From contig JAGVYS010000005.1 in the NCBI GenBank assembly GCA_018303125.1, forward strand, positions 1-46,201: a DNA stretch of 46,201 bases. The letters run 5' to 3'. Positions within the stretch are counted from its first letter, which is position 1; each line of letters begins with the position of its first letter. The stretch is from Candidatus Woesearchaeota archaeon. GTDB taxonomy: Archaea > Nanobdellota > Nanobdellia > Woesearchaeales > WJIZ01. Below the pieces are notes generated by a model, which worked only from the letters and a program-made list of their open reading frames with translations, was not told the origin of the DNA and ran no database searches. Both the position numbers and the translations under genes were made by a program. This document shows, in pieces, positions 46,169 to 46,201 of the stretch.

Positions 46169-46201
46169 TCAAAACCCCATTAAACTCTTCTGTTCTCTTG
46201 T
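46169..46201 (-). CDS. 3' end of a gene continuing beyond the window; C-terminal PIP-box-like QKSLMGF
   Basis: Minus strand reads TREQKSLMGF-stop, matching the QxxLxxF PCNA-interacting motif. Only 11 codons are visible. Confidence 0.45.
   Translation of the reverse strand, partial: TREQKSLMGF

Overview
Archaeal chromosomal segment, most consistent with a DPANN / Woesearchaeota-like genome. This placement is an inference from rpl21e-rpoF-DUF655, ZPR1, SepF, TrmB, class III signal-peptide pilins, TATA-type promoters and bacterial-type TPI/Pta. The window is unusually biosynthetic for such a lineage. It holds a complete, heavily fused histidine operon (hisG-hisC-HAD fusion, hisB, hisH, hisF, hisA-hisI-hisE fusion, hisD) preceded by prs and an atypical tRNA-His(GUG). 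It also holds a bacterial-type thiamine cluster (thiF-thiO-thiS-thiG-thiE-SSS transporter-tenA-thiL, thiD) headed by an archaeal ThiR-type regulator. The strongest novelty candidates are: (1) an unannotated ~225-nt multi-stem, pseudoknotted ncRNA at ~42176-42402, with its own TATA box and a 42-aa Lys/Arg-rich micro-ORF right behind it; (2) the his leader, where a non-canonical tRNA-His is followed by an SD-led 24-codon uORF whose only His codon sits in a prfB-like +1 frameshift context leading into an ATG-less hisG; (3) an outer-membrane beta-barrel-like gene and a Lit-like transacylase in an archaeon; and (4) a Pta homolog lacking its catalytic residues, paired with an ATP-grasp-less PEP-utiliser protein. 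No CRISPR array, rRNA, integrase or transposase was seen. All calls are by eye, without database searches.
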